NCBI GenBank assembly: GCA_002269645.1
Contig: NIVC01002451.1
Coordinates: 108,437 to 172,436 of the forward strand
From: Macrostomum lignano
Lineage: Eukaryota
Direction of reading: 5' to 3'
DNA length: 64,000 bases
How positions within the stretch are numbered: position 1 is the stretch's first letter; the number at the start of each line of letters is the position of its first letter. Of this stretch, positions 51,555 to 62,967 are shown piece after piece. A program made the position numbers and the translations under genes. The notes beneath the pieces are model-generated. The model saw nothing but the letters and a program-made list of their open reading frames with translations. It did not search any database and had not been told where the DNA came from.

Positions 51555-53039
51555 TAGTGATGGATCCGAACATTTGGATTCGGAATCCGAATCCGAAAAA
51601 AAGTCTTACTTTTATAGGAATCCGAATGTTTCGGATTCGGAAATTTTTTTTTCCGAATATTTCCGAATGTGCTTCTAAAATTCAAATCTAATATAAATAT
51701 TACAAATCAGGAAACCAAAGCATGCAACCCGTTAAATAAAGAAACTAAAAACTAAAAAGAAAGAAAATTAAAAGGCAAAGAGCAAAATATATCACATTAT
51801 TCTTTTTTTCTACGATTGTCTATTTTTGCAGCAATATATGTTTAAAAAAAGTTAAATAAGTAAATTTACTAAACCTAGGGACCCGTAAGACAATAAACCT
51901 AAAGTTACGGAAATATTTTGGTAATTATTGTTTAAGTGTAATAACAGGTTTTTTCAAAATGCAAAATTGCAACTGCACCCCTGGGCCTTTTCATATTGCT
52001 TGCTCTGGTTCTAGAACCAGAACCAATTTGTGAAGTATAACTTTTTGTCTCCATAACTAGAGGGAGATACATGCTATAAGTTTTATTATTATTGAATGAC
52101 AATTGCCAAGAAGAAAGTGAAAAATTGTGCTAAGTTAGGTTGTTAAGGCAGTCAAATATTAACAGAGTTTAATAGTTATATTGCTGTTTTTCTTGGAATT
52201 CCGAACCGATTCTGGTTCTGGAATTGGTAATATGAAAAGGCCCTGGGTCACATGGACTGTACGTACGTACGGTAAAATTATCATAATTGCACTGTATATA
52301 TATGTCACTCATTAGCTATAGTCAGTAGTACTAGAATTAGATGTTCATGTAACACGGTAGAAGTAGAACTGAATTTCCTATTTAAGTCCGTCTCTTTAAA
52401 TTTGGTTTCGCGATGGATATCAGTAAAGGTCGGACAAGCAGAAGATTTTGGTCATGCGTGAATTTTTTAAAGTCAGGCGTGATCGTGATCGTGAATTTAT
52501 ATTAGCATTCATGTATATTGAGCTCGTAAGTTACAAGTGTTGAAAATAACAAACAAGAAAAGAAATCATATACTCGTATATTGATAATAGCTACTCGGCC
52601 GTAATGCTGTCAAGTCAACAAATTTAAAATTTATTAATTCTTTACACATTCGTGTTCACGTTTTTTGGTAAATCAAATAGAAAAGTTATATTTCTAATAA
52701 AAATGTAAGCAGAAATTCACAACCGTTGGAACAGGTTTCAACAAAATCACTATCGTGAAAAAATGGTCCTGAATTCACAATTGTGATCACATCCGACCCC
52801 TAAGATAAAATTACGAGTACGAATATAAGCCCAGGAGAGATGGAATCTTGTCAGTCAATTTATGTGCGCACTAATTAGATGACGAGACATTTTCTTAAAT
52901 TAAGAGTCATAGTTACTCCCGCCATTTACCTTACACTTTTTGCTTACATTCGGAAACATTCAGATTCGGATTCGGATTTTTTTGTACATTCGGATTCGGT
53001 TTTGGAAACTTGCAAAAATCCACATTCGGTCCATCACTA
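51555..53039. mobile_element. Non-autonomous hAT element (1485 bp)
   Basis: TIR TAGTGATGGA(T)CCGAA / TTCGGTCCATCACTA. Perfect 8-bp TSD GTCTGGTA at 51547-51554 and 53040-53047. Subterminal TTCGGA/TCCGAA repeats. Confidence 0.9.
51984..52242. mobile_element. Harbinger-like MITE nested in the hAT element
   Basis: TIR GGCCTTTTCATATT / AATATGAAAAGGCC with a 3-bp CTG duplication. CWG TSDs are known for some Harbingers. Confidence 0.7.
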
Positions 53040-53971
53040 GTCTGGTAGCGCCTTATGTATTAGTCTAGTAGTGTTCTTAGTATATGGCCTGAGCAGTCTT
53101 ACTGGTATATGTACTTTCTCTATCCAGTCTGGGCATTACCAAGATTAGAGGGTCACAGTGATTATTCTTAATACTGCTTTTGCATGAATTCCCAAATTTT
53201 CTCTCTCTATTCTTTAGTACACTTTTTTCAAAACACTCTTAGAATCTCTTACTGGTACAATGAATAATACTTTGAAGATCTGAGAACATGTATTATTGAA
53301 CTAGCTGTAACAATTTAATTCGCAAGAGCAAGTTGACTTCTTCTTCCCTAAACTTTGCTCCTATTTATACTAATTGTGACAAGTATATTTAAACAAAAGG
53401 CTATTATTTGAGAATATTTAGAAAAGTAAAACAACATATAAAAATTTTACGTGTACATTTGAAATAAAGCCTTTCTAGGAAACCCTACCACAACCTTCCT
53501 CCTCTTACTATAAATTTTGAACAATGAAGCACAGTGAAAAATTTATAAAAACTCAATTAAGTACAAGTACAATGCACACATAATCATAGGTAAGTATGAA
53601 CAAGCAAAACAAAAATTAAGCAATCATTCAGTACAGTGAAAAGTTATAAAACTTAATAATACATAAAATGAAATGCACACACAGTCATAGGTAGTTTGTA
53701 AACATATTAAGCAAAAATCTAGATAATCACACTGAAAGAAACTAAGTAAAAGTGCAAAGTAATGCTAGAACATTGGTGCAAAAAGAAAAATAGGCATGTG
53801 ATGTGTAAGGTGCAAGGCAAAAATATAAGCGCTAAACAGACATATAGTTCAAGGAAAGTTTAAAAGTTTGGATAAGAGTTCACTAAAAGTTAATAGTTCA
53901 AAGTGTTCAGATCAAAAGTTCATACTTCAGGTTCAGAAATCACAATAACGTGGTAGCTTCCGATAAAAAGG

Positions 53972-54780
53972 CTAGCCGATCTGGCCCTGGATGAAGCACC
54001 AATGGAGCTCGATGGAGAGCAGTAGGCGCTGCGCCGGCTGGGCATCACTATGGAGCATTTGCTGCAGCCGTTCGGCTATCTCCTGGAGTACTGCCACTGC
54101 TTCTTGGTGAGTGAATTGCTCCCAGAGAGTCCAAGGGTGTGGCCAAATCTGAGATCGCTGCGGCAGTGCTTCATCAAGCTGCAAGAATGCGATGCGCAGC
54201 AAGTATTGTTGAATGCTGTGGCGCGGCGCTCAACTTCGGCGCCTCTGGTCTCAATCAGCTGACAGACAATGTTGTGGTGATCTTGAGGCATTGACGGGCC
54301 TTGCCGCTGGGGAGATCGCGCTGGCGGAGCAGGCGGGCGAGATGATCGCGGCCGGGCGGATGATCTTCCTAAGGGCGGCGCCTCCACTGGAACTGCCATC
54401 TGCATAGAGTGACTGCAGGCGCCCCCGCCCTTCATTATGCAGGACTTGATAGGTGTAGCAGCTTGGCGCTCTAGCAATGCGGCCCTCTTTTCTTCAGGCT
54501 TGGTTGCTGGTCTCTTGGCGGACAGTGAACGTGGCCTCGGATGCTTAGATGCTGAGTTTCCACCAGCACTTGGCGGCTTTGGGCGAGTCTGCTGTCTTAG
54601 CGGAGCCTCATTCTCTTGGCGCTCCCGACGTTCTCATTTGAGTCGCTCTTGCTCTCATTGCTCTCGTTCTTGATTCTCTCGATCTTGCTGTGCTTGCTGT
54701 CCTTGCTCTTGAGGCTCTTGCTGATCGTTGTCCTCCAGCAGTGCTTGTAGAAATGAGTCAATATCATCATTGTTATTCAT
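53972..54780 (-). pseudogene. Decayed ORF of unknown function (about 269 codons) in or next to the Gypsy-like remnant
   Basis: Reads MNNNDDIDSFLQALLED...LRIAFLQLDEALPQRSQIWPHPW...GQIG*. Two in-frame TGA stops (54655-54657 and 54634-54636) and one frameshift near 54213. TATAAATA lies 97 nt upstream of the ATG. Confidence 0.5.
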
Positions 54781-55904
54781 GTCTACGCACAGTTCTTAGT
54801 ATAATTCTTTGCAGGGATCTTAGAATTGCTCTTTGGATGTGTGAAATATGGTATCCTGCTAGCGTCAGGGCATTCGTATTTATAGGCTGGCAGCCAAAAA
54901 GCTGGACCGCATAATTGTGTTCCACGCGGGCCTCAAGTGGGGGGTGCTCGGGTTGGCAGATTTGACACTTCGATTTTTATAGATTTTCTTTAGATTTTTA
55001 TAACTTTTTTATTTTTTAAGATTTTTCTTAAGTAATATGTCATATGAAAGCTTACATTTAGCAGAATAATATGGTTTTTCAGATTTGTTCTATGTACAAC
55101 AGGTCAAATTTTATAGGCAAATAACTATTACTAATATGAAATTTTAACTAATTTACACTGGTTTCAATGGCAATTCCCTGACGTCATTACCCTATTGTTC
55201 CAAATATCGCGCGTAGCACCTTTAGGGCACGAATCCGTTCACACCTTGCTGAGTCACTCTATCGCCTCGTGGTCTTAGATTATACCTTTCTACTGGCTGA
55301 GCTTCCTCATCTAACTCTATTGCTCCTTCCTCTTCTGATGGCTCATCTGAGTCAGTCACTCTCTGTATTCTCACTATTCAATTCTTCATTTCCTTCATTT
55401 TCACTCTGCGAATTATTATCTGCAAACACTCTCCATTGAATTCTGTCTTTTTTGTCTGAGCTTTCCTCCTCTAAAATTTGAACTTCTGGAATTCTAACTT
55501 CTTTTTGTCCATGGCAAATTCTTTTCTTCGACTGTGGCGGTTCCTTCTTCTTAGTTTGTACTATTGCTAGTTCTAAATTGTTATTAATTTCTTCGGATAA
55601 ATTAATTTTGGATTTTGGCACTGGAGTCAGATTATTTCTATGTTTCTCTTCAAACAACTTTGCAAATTCTCATAGCTTCTCCTCGAAATCTATCTTCATT
55701 TCATCTCATCTCAACAACTTCTCGACTCAATATCTCAACTCGACCTTGACCTCTCGAAAGCTTCTCTGCTAAACTCATGCCAGCTACAGCTCTACTGTCA
55801 CGGGTCCTACAACTCTTAACTAATTCTCAAATCTCGAATCTCCTTCCACTATCTCAGTTTGGCCTCGTCAGTAGAATCGTAGAGATTCTGTATTAATCTG
55901 CTCT

Positions 55905-56729
55905 TTAGGCCTTACTGCCCTTCCTCTCTTGCATGGCCTGACTTTCTGAACCTTTCTTGGCTCTTCTGAAAGCATCATTGGCCTTTTCTTTCTGCTTTGG
56001 CCAATCCGCATTGGTCAAATATTGTTGACAATGCCTCAACAGCTCTCTGTACTCATCAGCACCACCATGACAGGCAAATCGCTCAATCAGACACTGCTTG
56101 ACCTCCTCGTAACTGGCAAAACGTGGAAGATTCATACTAAGCAAGGAAGGATATGCAGTAGCCAAATCCAGACTCGCAATGAGGTGTTGTTTCATCTCGA
56201 ACGGGTCAACGATGCGCTCCATCTTGCAATGCTGCTCAAACGCGGCAAGCCAGACATGAATGTCCTGACTTGGAGTAAATTTCACAATTTTAACTTGTTT
56301 ACTCTCAGGCCGCTCCATCTGCTGCTGCAGAGCTGCCATCATGGTCCTCATGTCCTGGTGCGTGATGTTCCGGCCGATGTTGTCCAGGCCTTGCAGAAGC
56401 TCGTCTGGCGGGTCGTTGGAAATGTCACTTCTTGCACCTTGCCTCGGCGTCGGCTGCTGACCAAAGTTGTTGATCGCTGCTGCTGCTGCGGCGGCATCTG
56501 CTGCTGCAGGCCTCAAACTGCTAATGTGCTGATCCAGCCGGCTGCTGCACTGGCTCTCGTCTCGTTCATTGAACATGTTGAACTCGTAGTAGTTACTGGC
56601 CAATGTCGTTCTCAAAAGAGCGGTTGGCTTGGGTGTGTCGTAGTTGGATCCCACCACTGCGTCACCAGTGTTGTACTTGGGGGTTTTCTCGGGGTGGCCT
56701 GGTAGGTCTTTGAATCCCACTGCTGCCAC
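55905..56729 (-). pseudogene. Retrotransposon Gag-like (capsid) ORF, truncated
   Basis: KFTPSQDIHVWLAAFEQHC...YEEVKQCLIERF...YRELLRHCQQ resembles the Ty3/Gypsy capsid helical pattern. Confidence 0.6.
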
Positions 56730-57149
56730 CAGTGTTGTACCTGTGGTTGTCCTGCTGTAAAGCGCAGTGACTTGGGCTCCGTCCTCTCACTTAGAAGCCT
56801 TCTTAACTTTAGTAGCATAGGTAGTGCTGCCACTAGTTCCTTTAGGTCTCGGCCTTCGGTGAGGTAAGCTTCCCATCGGAACAAAATAACAAAGTCAACG
56901 AACACAGCACCTAGTGCAGAATTGCAGTTCAACGAACTAGGCGTCTCATCAACAGTACCTGCCAGGCTTGGATGGTAGAGGGAGGGCTGAGTTAGTCTCT
57001 CGTAGGCTTGGGCGCTTTAGTTGGGTCTCAGTCAGACCAATACGAACAGACTCAATGTATGCAAAGACTCAGACACTCAGGACGTGATCTCGGGAAGAAC
57101 AAGACTAGCATAGAACTAGACACCTTGATGGAAACAAGGGGGAGAGGGC

Positions 57150-57450
57150 TCCTATTTATAGCTGGGAAACACCCACGCAGAAGACCCTCGTGACTCATTC
57201 TATTTTTAGAACTGATGTCACTCGAGAGTCTTGGGCAAGGTACAAGCGTGCGGAAGACCTTGTGACTTGTTCTATTTTTAGAACTGACGTCACTTGAGGC
57301 CCCCAGCCAGAGTACACGCGGCTGTGACTCAGTTGCTATTTTTAGCAACATGAGTCACTCCTCTCCTTAGAGAAGGAAGGGGTCCGAAAGCACGTGACTC
57401 ACCCAGTAAACAGGGCCAACAAGTGCAGTAAACATGTTTACTGCACTTTG
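57150..57450. promoter_or_regulatory. TATA box plus a clustered AP-1/CRE/E-box/forkhead motif block (putative LTR U3)
   Basis: TGACTCA/TGAGTCA at 57191, 57325, 57351 and 57395. TGACGTCA at 57285, CACGTG at 57391. 28-bp perfect palindrome at 57421-57448. Confidence 0.5.
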
Positions 57451-59735
57451 AGACTGAAGAACGCAGAGTCTGTCATGTGACTTGCTCATATGACAGAGGA
57501 AAACGGGACAGGAACAAAACAGAGACAGCCCACACCAAAGAAGCTAAGGGCTGAGAACGAAGATGCAGAAGGCCAGAACAGGCCAAGGGCAGCAGCAGAC
57601 AAACAAAAGGGAGGGGCGGGAAGCTGACCAGCGGCAGATAGCAACCCAGGGCGAAGGCAAGGGAACAACTGACAAGGGCGACGCCTAACCATAAACTAGC
57701 GGCTCACTACAAATTCTAATGCTTTAATGTTTTTTATTATGCTTTTTAGACTTTTTAAATGCTAAAAAACATTTTAGCAATGAGAAAATAATTTAATAAA
57801 TAGTTTTATATCTGTATATAAGATCCAATTAAATGTGCTCATGAGCCACTGAAAACTAGATAGCATACCTAACAAGCCAAACAAACAACTTCATTTGGGA
57901 GTACAAGATCTGTTAGCCAAAGTTTGCTAGTGAGAAATTTGCTTGCCAAAATCTGCTAGCCAAAATCTACTAGTTGAAATCTGCTAGACAAAATATACTA
58001 ACCAAAGTCAAGAAATAGTGACCTTCCCTTAGCTTGTTAATTAAATCCTCATATAGCAGTAGATACATGGTGTTAGGTTAGGACCTGCTAAGGTTAGCAT
58101 TGAGCCTTTAATAGTCTATGGCAAGCCTGAGCCATCCATCTTTTTCTTGGCACAAATGATTCGAATGGCCCAGGGTAACAAACTTGGCTATATCAGCCCA
58201 GTGTCTAATAGTTTATTGATTTTATACCACACTTCCCCTTCTTCAATCAGAGAGCTAGTGCACTTTTGTATATTAGGGGACAGCTACTGGTTTCAGCCAT
58301 GTTATATGCAATATTGACTAATAGCAAACTCCTATCTTCTTTCTATATCATGTAATCAAACTTCTCCAATAGAGCATTAATTTCTTTCTGCTACTCCTCT
58401 GGGAGATCTGGGCTCACCTTGTAAAAAAACCTTCCCTTTTATATATAGTGACTGCTTTCTCTATTTGGGCCAAGCTCAATGATACAATTGTAGAGGCTTG
58501 GGCAATGGTATCAGTGAGTCCCCTCCATTAGCTATAGCCAGATTTGCACTGCCACAAAAACTCTAGGTCACTCTACTGCTTGTGGCCACCCATAGTGGCC
58601 TTAATGACTAGGCCCAAATGCTCTCAAAATGTAATCCAAGCTAGCAAGGACATGTCTTTGCCAAAACTGCAATTCAGCCTATATTCATGCAACTGGCATA
58701 GTGCAAAGGATGATTTGTCACTGGACATAACACATAACTTGTTTCCACCAATGTGAAGACTTGAAAATGCAAAGTTTGTCAATATCAATACTAGCAATGG
58801 ACCAGCTTACAAGCCAAGATGCATATGTTTATCTTACTTTGCATATTTGCAACAACTTCTTCATGTTCATTTGCAACCTAGGGGTACACAGCATATACTG
58901 TGTCTTATCACCTTCTGCTTATGACAATGGACTCATTTCTAAGAAAGAGAACATTTTTATATCAGACTAACATTTCCATGGTAGCAATGTTTGAAACAAT
59001 TTATTTTAATTGTAAGGCCTGTTTATAAGTAACTTTTGCATTAAAAAATTCATAAATTTTCTAGGCACAAAATATTTTCTATTCATATTTTGGAAGAAAA
59101 GTTCTTGTCTATATTTTGGATGACAAAAAATCTTATGCAGGCTACCATGTGCCAAATTTCTCTTATTGAGTAGGGATTATACCATTGGCAGTGTGGGCTT
59201 TGTTTGAGGAAAGAAAAGAGGAAAATAATAATAAAGAAAAAAGATGAGAAAATTATTAGGCCTTTATGTTCAAGGCCCCTTAAGTCATTTAAATTGCTCT
59301 GTCTATGCATTGCAAAAAGAAGCATGCATATAAAAATGTATCATGCATTTCATTATTAAAAAATCTTATTCTCTATATTTTTTATGCAATATTGTTCATA
59401 AGTTCAAATATCATATTCATTTTGTAACACTACAATGATCATTGTTAAATTCATAATCATTTGTGACTGACGACTAGAGTCTTGGAACTCTGGAAGTTTA
59501 ATATAATTCAAATGCATATTTAGTATTTTAGAAAATATTTTATTGATACCAATTGGCTCCTAGAATTTTATTTTGGTCCATCAATTTTTTAGACTTAGAG
59601 TGCCACTAGACACCATATGGTTCTGACAAAAGTCTTAGGTTAGAGATGTACTAAACTGCCTACATTGGAATTAAACATCTTCAATAAACAATAACTTTCA
59701 GCCAGCACAGCACCTGTCCAGCCCCCACACCTTAG

Positions 59736-60296
59736 CAACTGGTCCGTTATGCTCCAGCAGCCCCCGAGTCGCCAGACGAGTCGCCAGAGGATGAGGTGAG
59801 CATACCTCGGGCGGCGTTAAACAAATTCATCAAAGAGGTGGCGCCAGAAGCCAGAGTAACCAACGACGCCAGGGACCTGTTAATCGCCTGCTGCAACGAG
59901 TTCATCCATCGCCTAGCAACCGAATCTAACAGAGTGTGCGGCCAGAGCAATAAGAAAACTATTAATCCGGATCACGTGCTGCAGGCGCTCGGCTGCCTGG
60001 GCCTTGCCGAATACCGCGGCGAAGCCGAAGAGGCCGGACAGGGCGCTAAGCGCGAAGTTGTTGAACGGCGCAAACAGACAGCCAGCTATAAGTTCAAGAA
60101 TTCCGGCCTGAGCTACGAGGAGCTGCTCAGCTTGCAGACGGAGATGTTTGCCAAAGCCCAGGCGCAGATGCTGCAGGAGACAGACGCTGTGACTGAAGAG
60201 GACGCCAGGCAGTTGCAGGAGGCCGCCGCTCTGGACGCGGCCGCTGGCGGAGCCGCAGCTGCAGCTGGCGGGTCAGCAGATGACGAGTATGATTGA
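59736..60296 (+). CDS. DR1: Dr1 / NC2-beta (TBP-associated negative cofactor, histone fold); start codon unresolved
   Basis: IPRAALNKFIKEVAPEARVTNDARDLLIACCNEFIHRLATESNRVCGQSNKKTINPDHVLQAL matches the Dr1 pattern. The frame is open from 59736 with no ATG before the conserved core. ATTAAA at 60480. Confidence 0.93.
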   Translation, partial: QLVRYAPAAPESPDESPEDEVSIPRAALNKFIKEVAPEARVTNDARDLLIACCNEFIHRLATESNRVCGQSNKKTINPDHVLQALGCLGLAEYRGEAEEAGQGAKREVVERRKQTASYKFKNSGLSYEELLSLQTEMFAKAQAQMLQETDAVTEEDARQLQEAAALDAAAGGAAAAAGGSADDEYD

Positions 60297-61649
60297 GTCG
60301 GCCGTGACCCATCCCGCTGGGAACCTATGGGGAACTTAAGCCTATGTAGCCTTGTGTATTGAGAGAGTGGGCAGTTTTCAGTAGTTGCTAAGACACTTGG
60401 GTGTGGTTAAATCCAGGTGAGACTTGGTTTCCTTTACTTTCATTGTTGCTTGTTTGATGACAGTAGACTTACTATGTCTATTAAAAATGTTCTGCAACTT
60501 CAATATCGTATTGCTAATCCGTTAATTCTCTTTTCATTCGCTATTAGATTATCTTTGTTTGTCCTTCTTTAGCCCTGGATAATTAATTCTACCTGTTTCT
60601 GACTTACTGCAAATCCATGAACAGCTAGAAGGAGTAGACCGGTTGAAAATGTTCCCAAGACAAAAATCGCTAAAGTGTCATTGCAAACAACTCCCTGGTT
60701 TCTCTAGGGCCGACTTTTATGACTTAGCGACGAGCGCATCACGTAAGTTGCAGATGCGTAAGAGTCGCGAGAAATTCGTCCAAGAGAGCAAGTTTTCTGT
60801 TTCATTTCGAATTCGCACTCCCAAATAACCGATTAGGATAGGAACAAATGAAATTTCGACCCAACTTTGCTGCCTTGCCGGTCTCCGGTAGCATATTTCA
60901 TAAAAAAAACCTTGCTCAGACAAAACGCATACTGGCTTCATTTGTGATGCTGAAGTCCAGAATGTGAGGGATTAAGAATTCTGTCTCGCCAAGGAAGAAA
61001 ATTCTTCAGTTGAAAACTGATTAGTCAAGTTAATTTTTCTTAACTGGAAATTTTCTCTGGCTGTTCCTTCTGTTAGAATTATCTATTATTATAATTTATT
61101 ATTATAATCTCCTGGTTAACTTTTCATTGTAAGTAAAAATGCTTTGCTTACTACTCATAGCGACTAGCGAGTTTCAGGATCACTAGAAGTAGAAGGATGA
61201 GACACCTGGTCTCTAACTGCCGTGCCTGGACTCGCCATTCTCGCCATGTAACTTAAAATAATCTATAGCAAATAAATGCTTATCATAATATATATTCTAT
61301 CTGCCTGCCAGTGTGCGTGTCCCGTGTCCTGTTCCAGCGGGTGCATTTTTAGCAATGCTTAAAAAATCTGCACCTTCTTGTTTGTCAATTATATTACTAT
61401 CACTATGTTATTTTGTAATGTGCTTCAGTTTCTAAAAAATGGTGTTTCAAGTTGAAAATGTATGCGAACACATATATAAATATGTATTTTACACGATTGG
61501 TAATTTGTTTGCCATTATTTCTACACGTTGGTCGTTTAAGAATCGATATTTATTATAATAGTCGAATGTCATCAGTTGCCCGAGGTAATTATCAGTCAGT
61601 TGCTTGTACTGTAAACTGCTTGTAAACAGGCATTTTTACTACTAACTAT

Positions 61650-62060
61650 ATAGATATACAAGTACACCGACATCTCGCTTCCAGCCCATAAGGTTCATTG
61701 ATAGAGCGCCTCATAGAGTACTCGGTGCCCTAGCCTTGATTTAGCTGCAGGGGGCTCCGGGCATCCGGATACAGCAGGGGAGGCGTTGCCGCCCAGTCCG
61801 CTAAACCCCTGGCGACCACGGGCAGCTGGTGCTGTGGTGTCGCGCACGGAGATCCGGTGGTGTCGGTGTCCGCAGCGCGGTCCCCCCCCACCCCAGAGTC
61901 CAGGAGGTGGATGGTCGCTCACCTGGTAGCCCTCAGGTAGCGGACAAGCTGGTAGAGGTTTGGGAAGAGGTAGGTAAACCTGTCCTGAGTAAAGGCGGGG
62001 CATTCGCAGGTGAAGTGCTCCACATTCTCAACATGAGATAGGGAGACGATGCTATGGCCG
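61650..62060 (-). mobile_element. 3' fragment of a non-LTR retrotransposon (C-terminal Cys/His motif plus 3' UTR)
   Basis: The minus strand reads AIASSPLSHVENVEHFTCECPAFTQDRFTYL...LVRYLRATR*, typical of the end of a LINE ORF2. Confidence 0.6.
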
Positions 62061-62229
62061 TAAAGAAATAAAGCATTAATTATGTACCAATTTTCAAGGG
62101 CTATAACTCGTGTACCTAACAGGAGTCAATTAATTATGGAATCTTGCAGCTATCTAAAAATACCTGGAGGAGGGGAGTACAGCCTATTGAAAGCGCAAAT
62201 AACTACTAAGATTAGAATCTTTTAGTTAG

Positions 62230-62548
62230 AGGCAGGAGGCTGTGTGGCTGTGTGTGCGCACTTTAAGCGACATTGTCACACAACCGATGAGAGGCATTAC
62301 TGCCCATTCCGCCGACTCCCCTGAGCAAGCACACACACAGAAGTGTACAGCGGCCCTAACTGTTTTTCGTTAGGCATGTACACTTCACTGTGCTTCGGGT
62401 TGGCCTTCAAGGGCGTTAATTGCGCACGAGCAGAGCCGAGTCGAGATTCCAATTTAGCCCCAAATTAATGTGACTGCACTTGGAATCGAGCCTGGGCCAC
62501 TGGTACATCAGAGCGCCGCATCAGACCACTGGGCTAAGCCCCCCCCCC
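62230..62548 (-). mobile_element. tRNA-derived SINE (most complete copy)
   Basis: A-box TAGCCCAGTGG (62526-62536) and B-box GGCTCGATTCC (62482-62492) on the minus strand. The body is shared with two other copies in the window. The 3' end is approximate. Confidence 0.7.
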
Positions 62549-62698
62549 CAAATAAATTCATCCATGTTTATATTGAATAAAAAATGCGTCTTCATTTTTA
62601 TACCTAGTTAGTAGTAGCAAATAATTCTACTTTCCAATCAGTAGTATGATTCAACCCCAACAACAGACTTATTATTTATATTATTGCAGCTAAAAGCG

Positions 62699-62967
62699 AT
62701 GACAACCTCGCAGAAGCACAGAAACTTTGTAGCCGAGCCGATGGGGGAAAAGCCGGTAACAGAACTGCCCGGCATTGGCCCCGTGCTGGGCGAGCGGCTT
62801 GCCTCAAGGGCTGCGACAGGGCCTACGTAATCCTTGGCCAGTTTCTCGTTGTCAAGAAGGACAAAGAAATGTTTACCGATTGGTTGAATGACCAATGCAA
62901 TGCCAATACTAAGCAGGCTGGCGACTGCTACAACGGTCTGGTTGAATGGTGTAACGCCTTCTTGTAG
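62699..62967 (+). CDS. BANF1: Barrier-to-autointegration factor (BAF); 1-nt deletion near 62805 breaks the frame
   Basis: [35 protein letters not shown] then, after the shift, [27 protein letters not shown]...[14 protein letters not shown]. The span is 269 nt versus 270 for an 89-aa BAF. Confidence 0.93.

Larger units (their letters stand above)
53972..57711 (-). mobile_element. Degenerate Gypsy-like LTR retroelement remnant (pol mostly deleted)
   Basis: Gag-like ORF, and an integrase-C-terminus-like RVVGPVTVEL near 55790-55815. An LTR-like block begins TGTAGTGAG at 57711 with a TATA box near 57150. No second LTR found. Confidence 0.55.

Noticed and set aside
56950-56970. PBS for the Gypsy-like remnant (TGGCAGGTAC)
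   Set aside because: It has no convincing tRNA complement, and the LTR end next to it is not canonical.
59736-62967. Dr1-BAF operon
   Set aside because: A CpG-rich promoter-like segment (about 60700-60900) and a possible donor near 60964 lie between the genes, so BAF may have its own promoter. There is no direct support for an operon.
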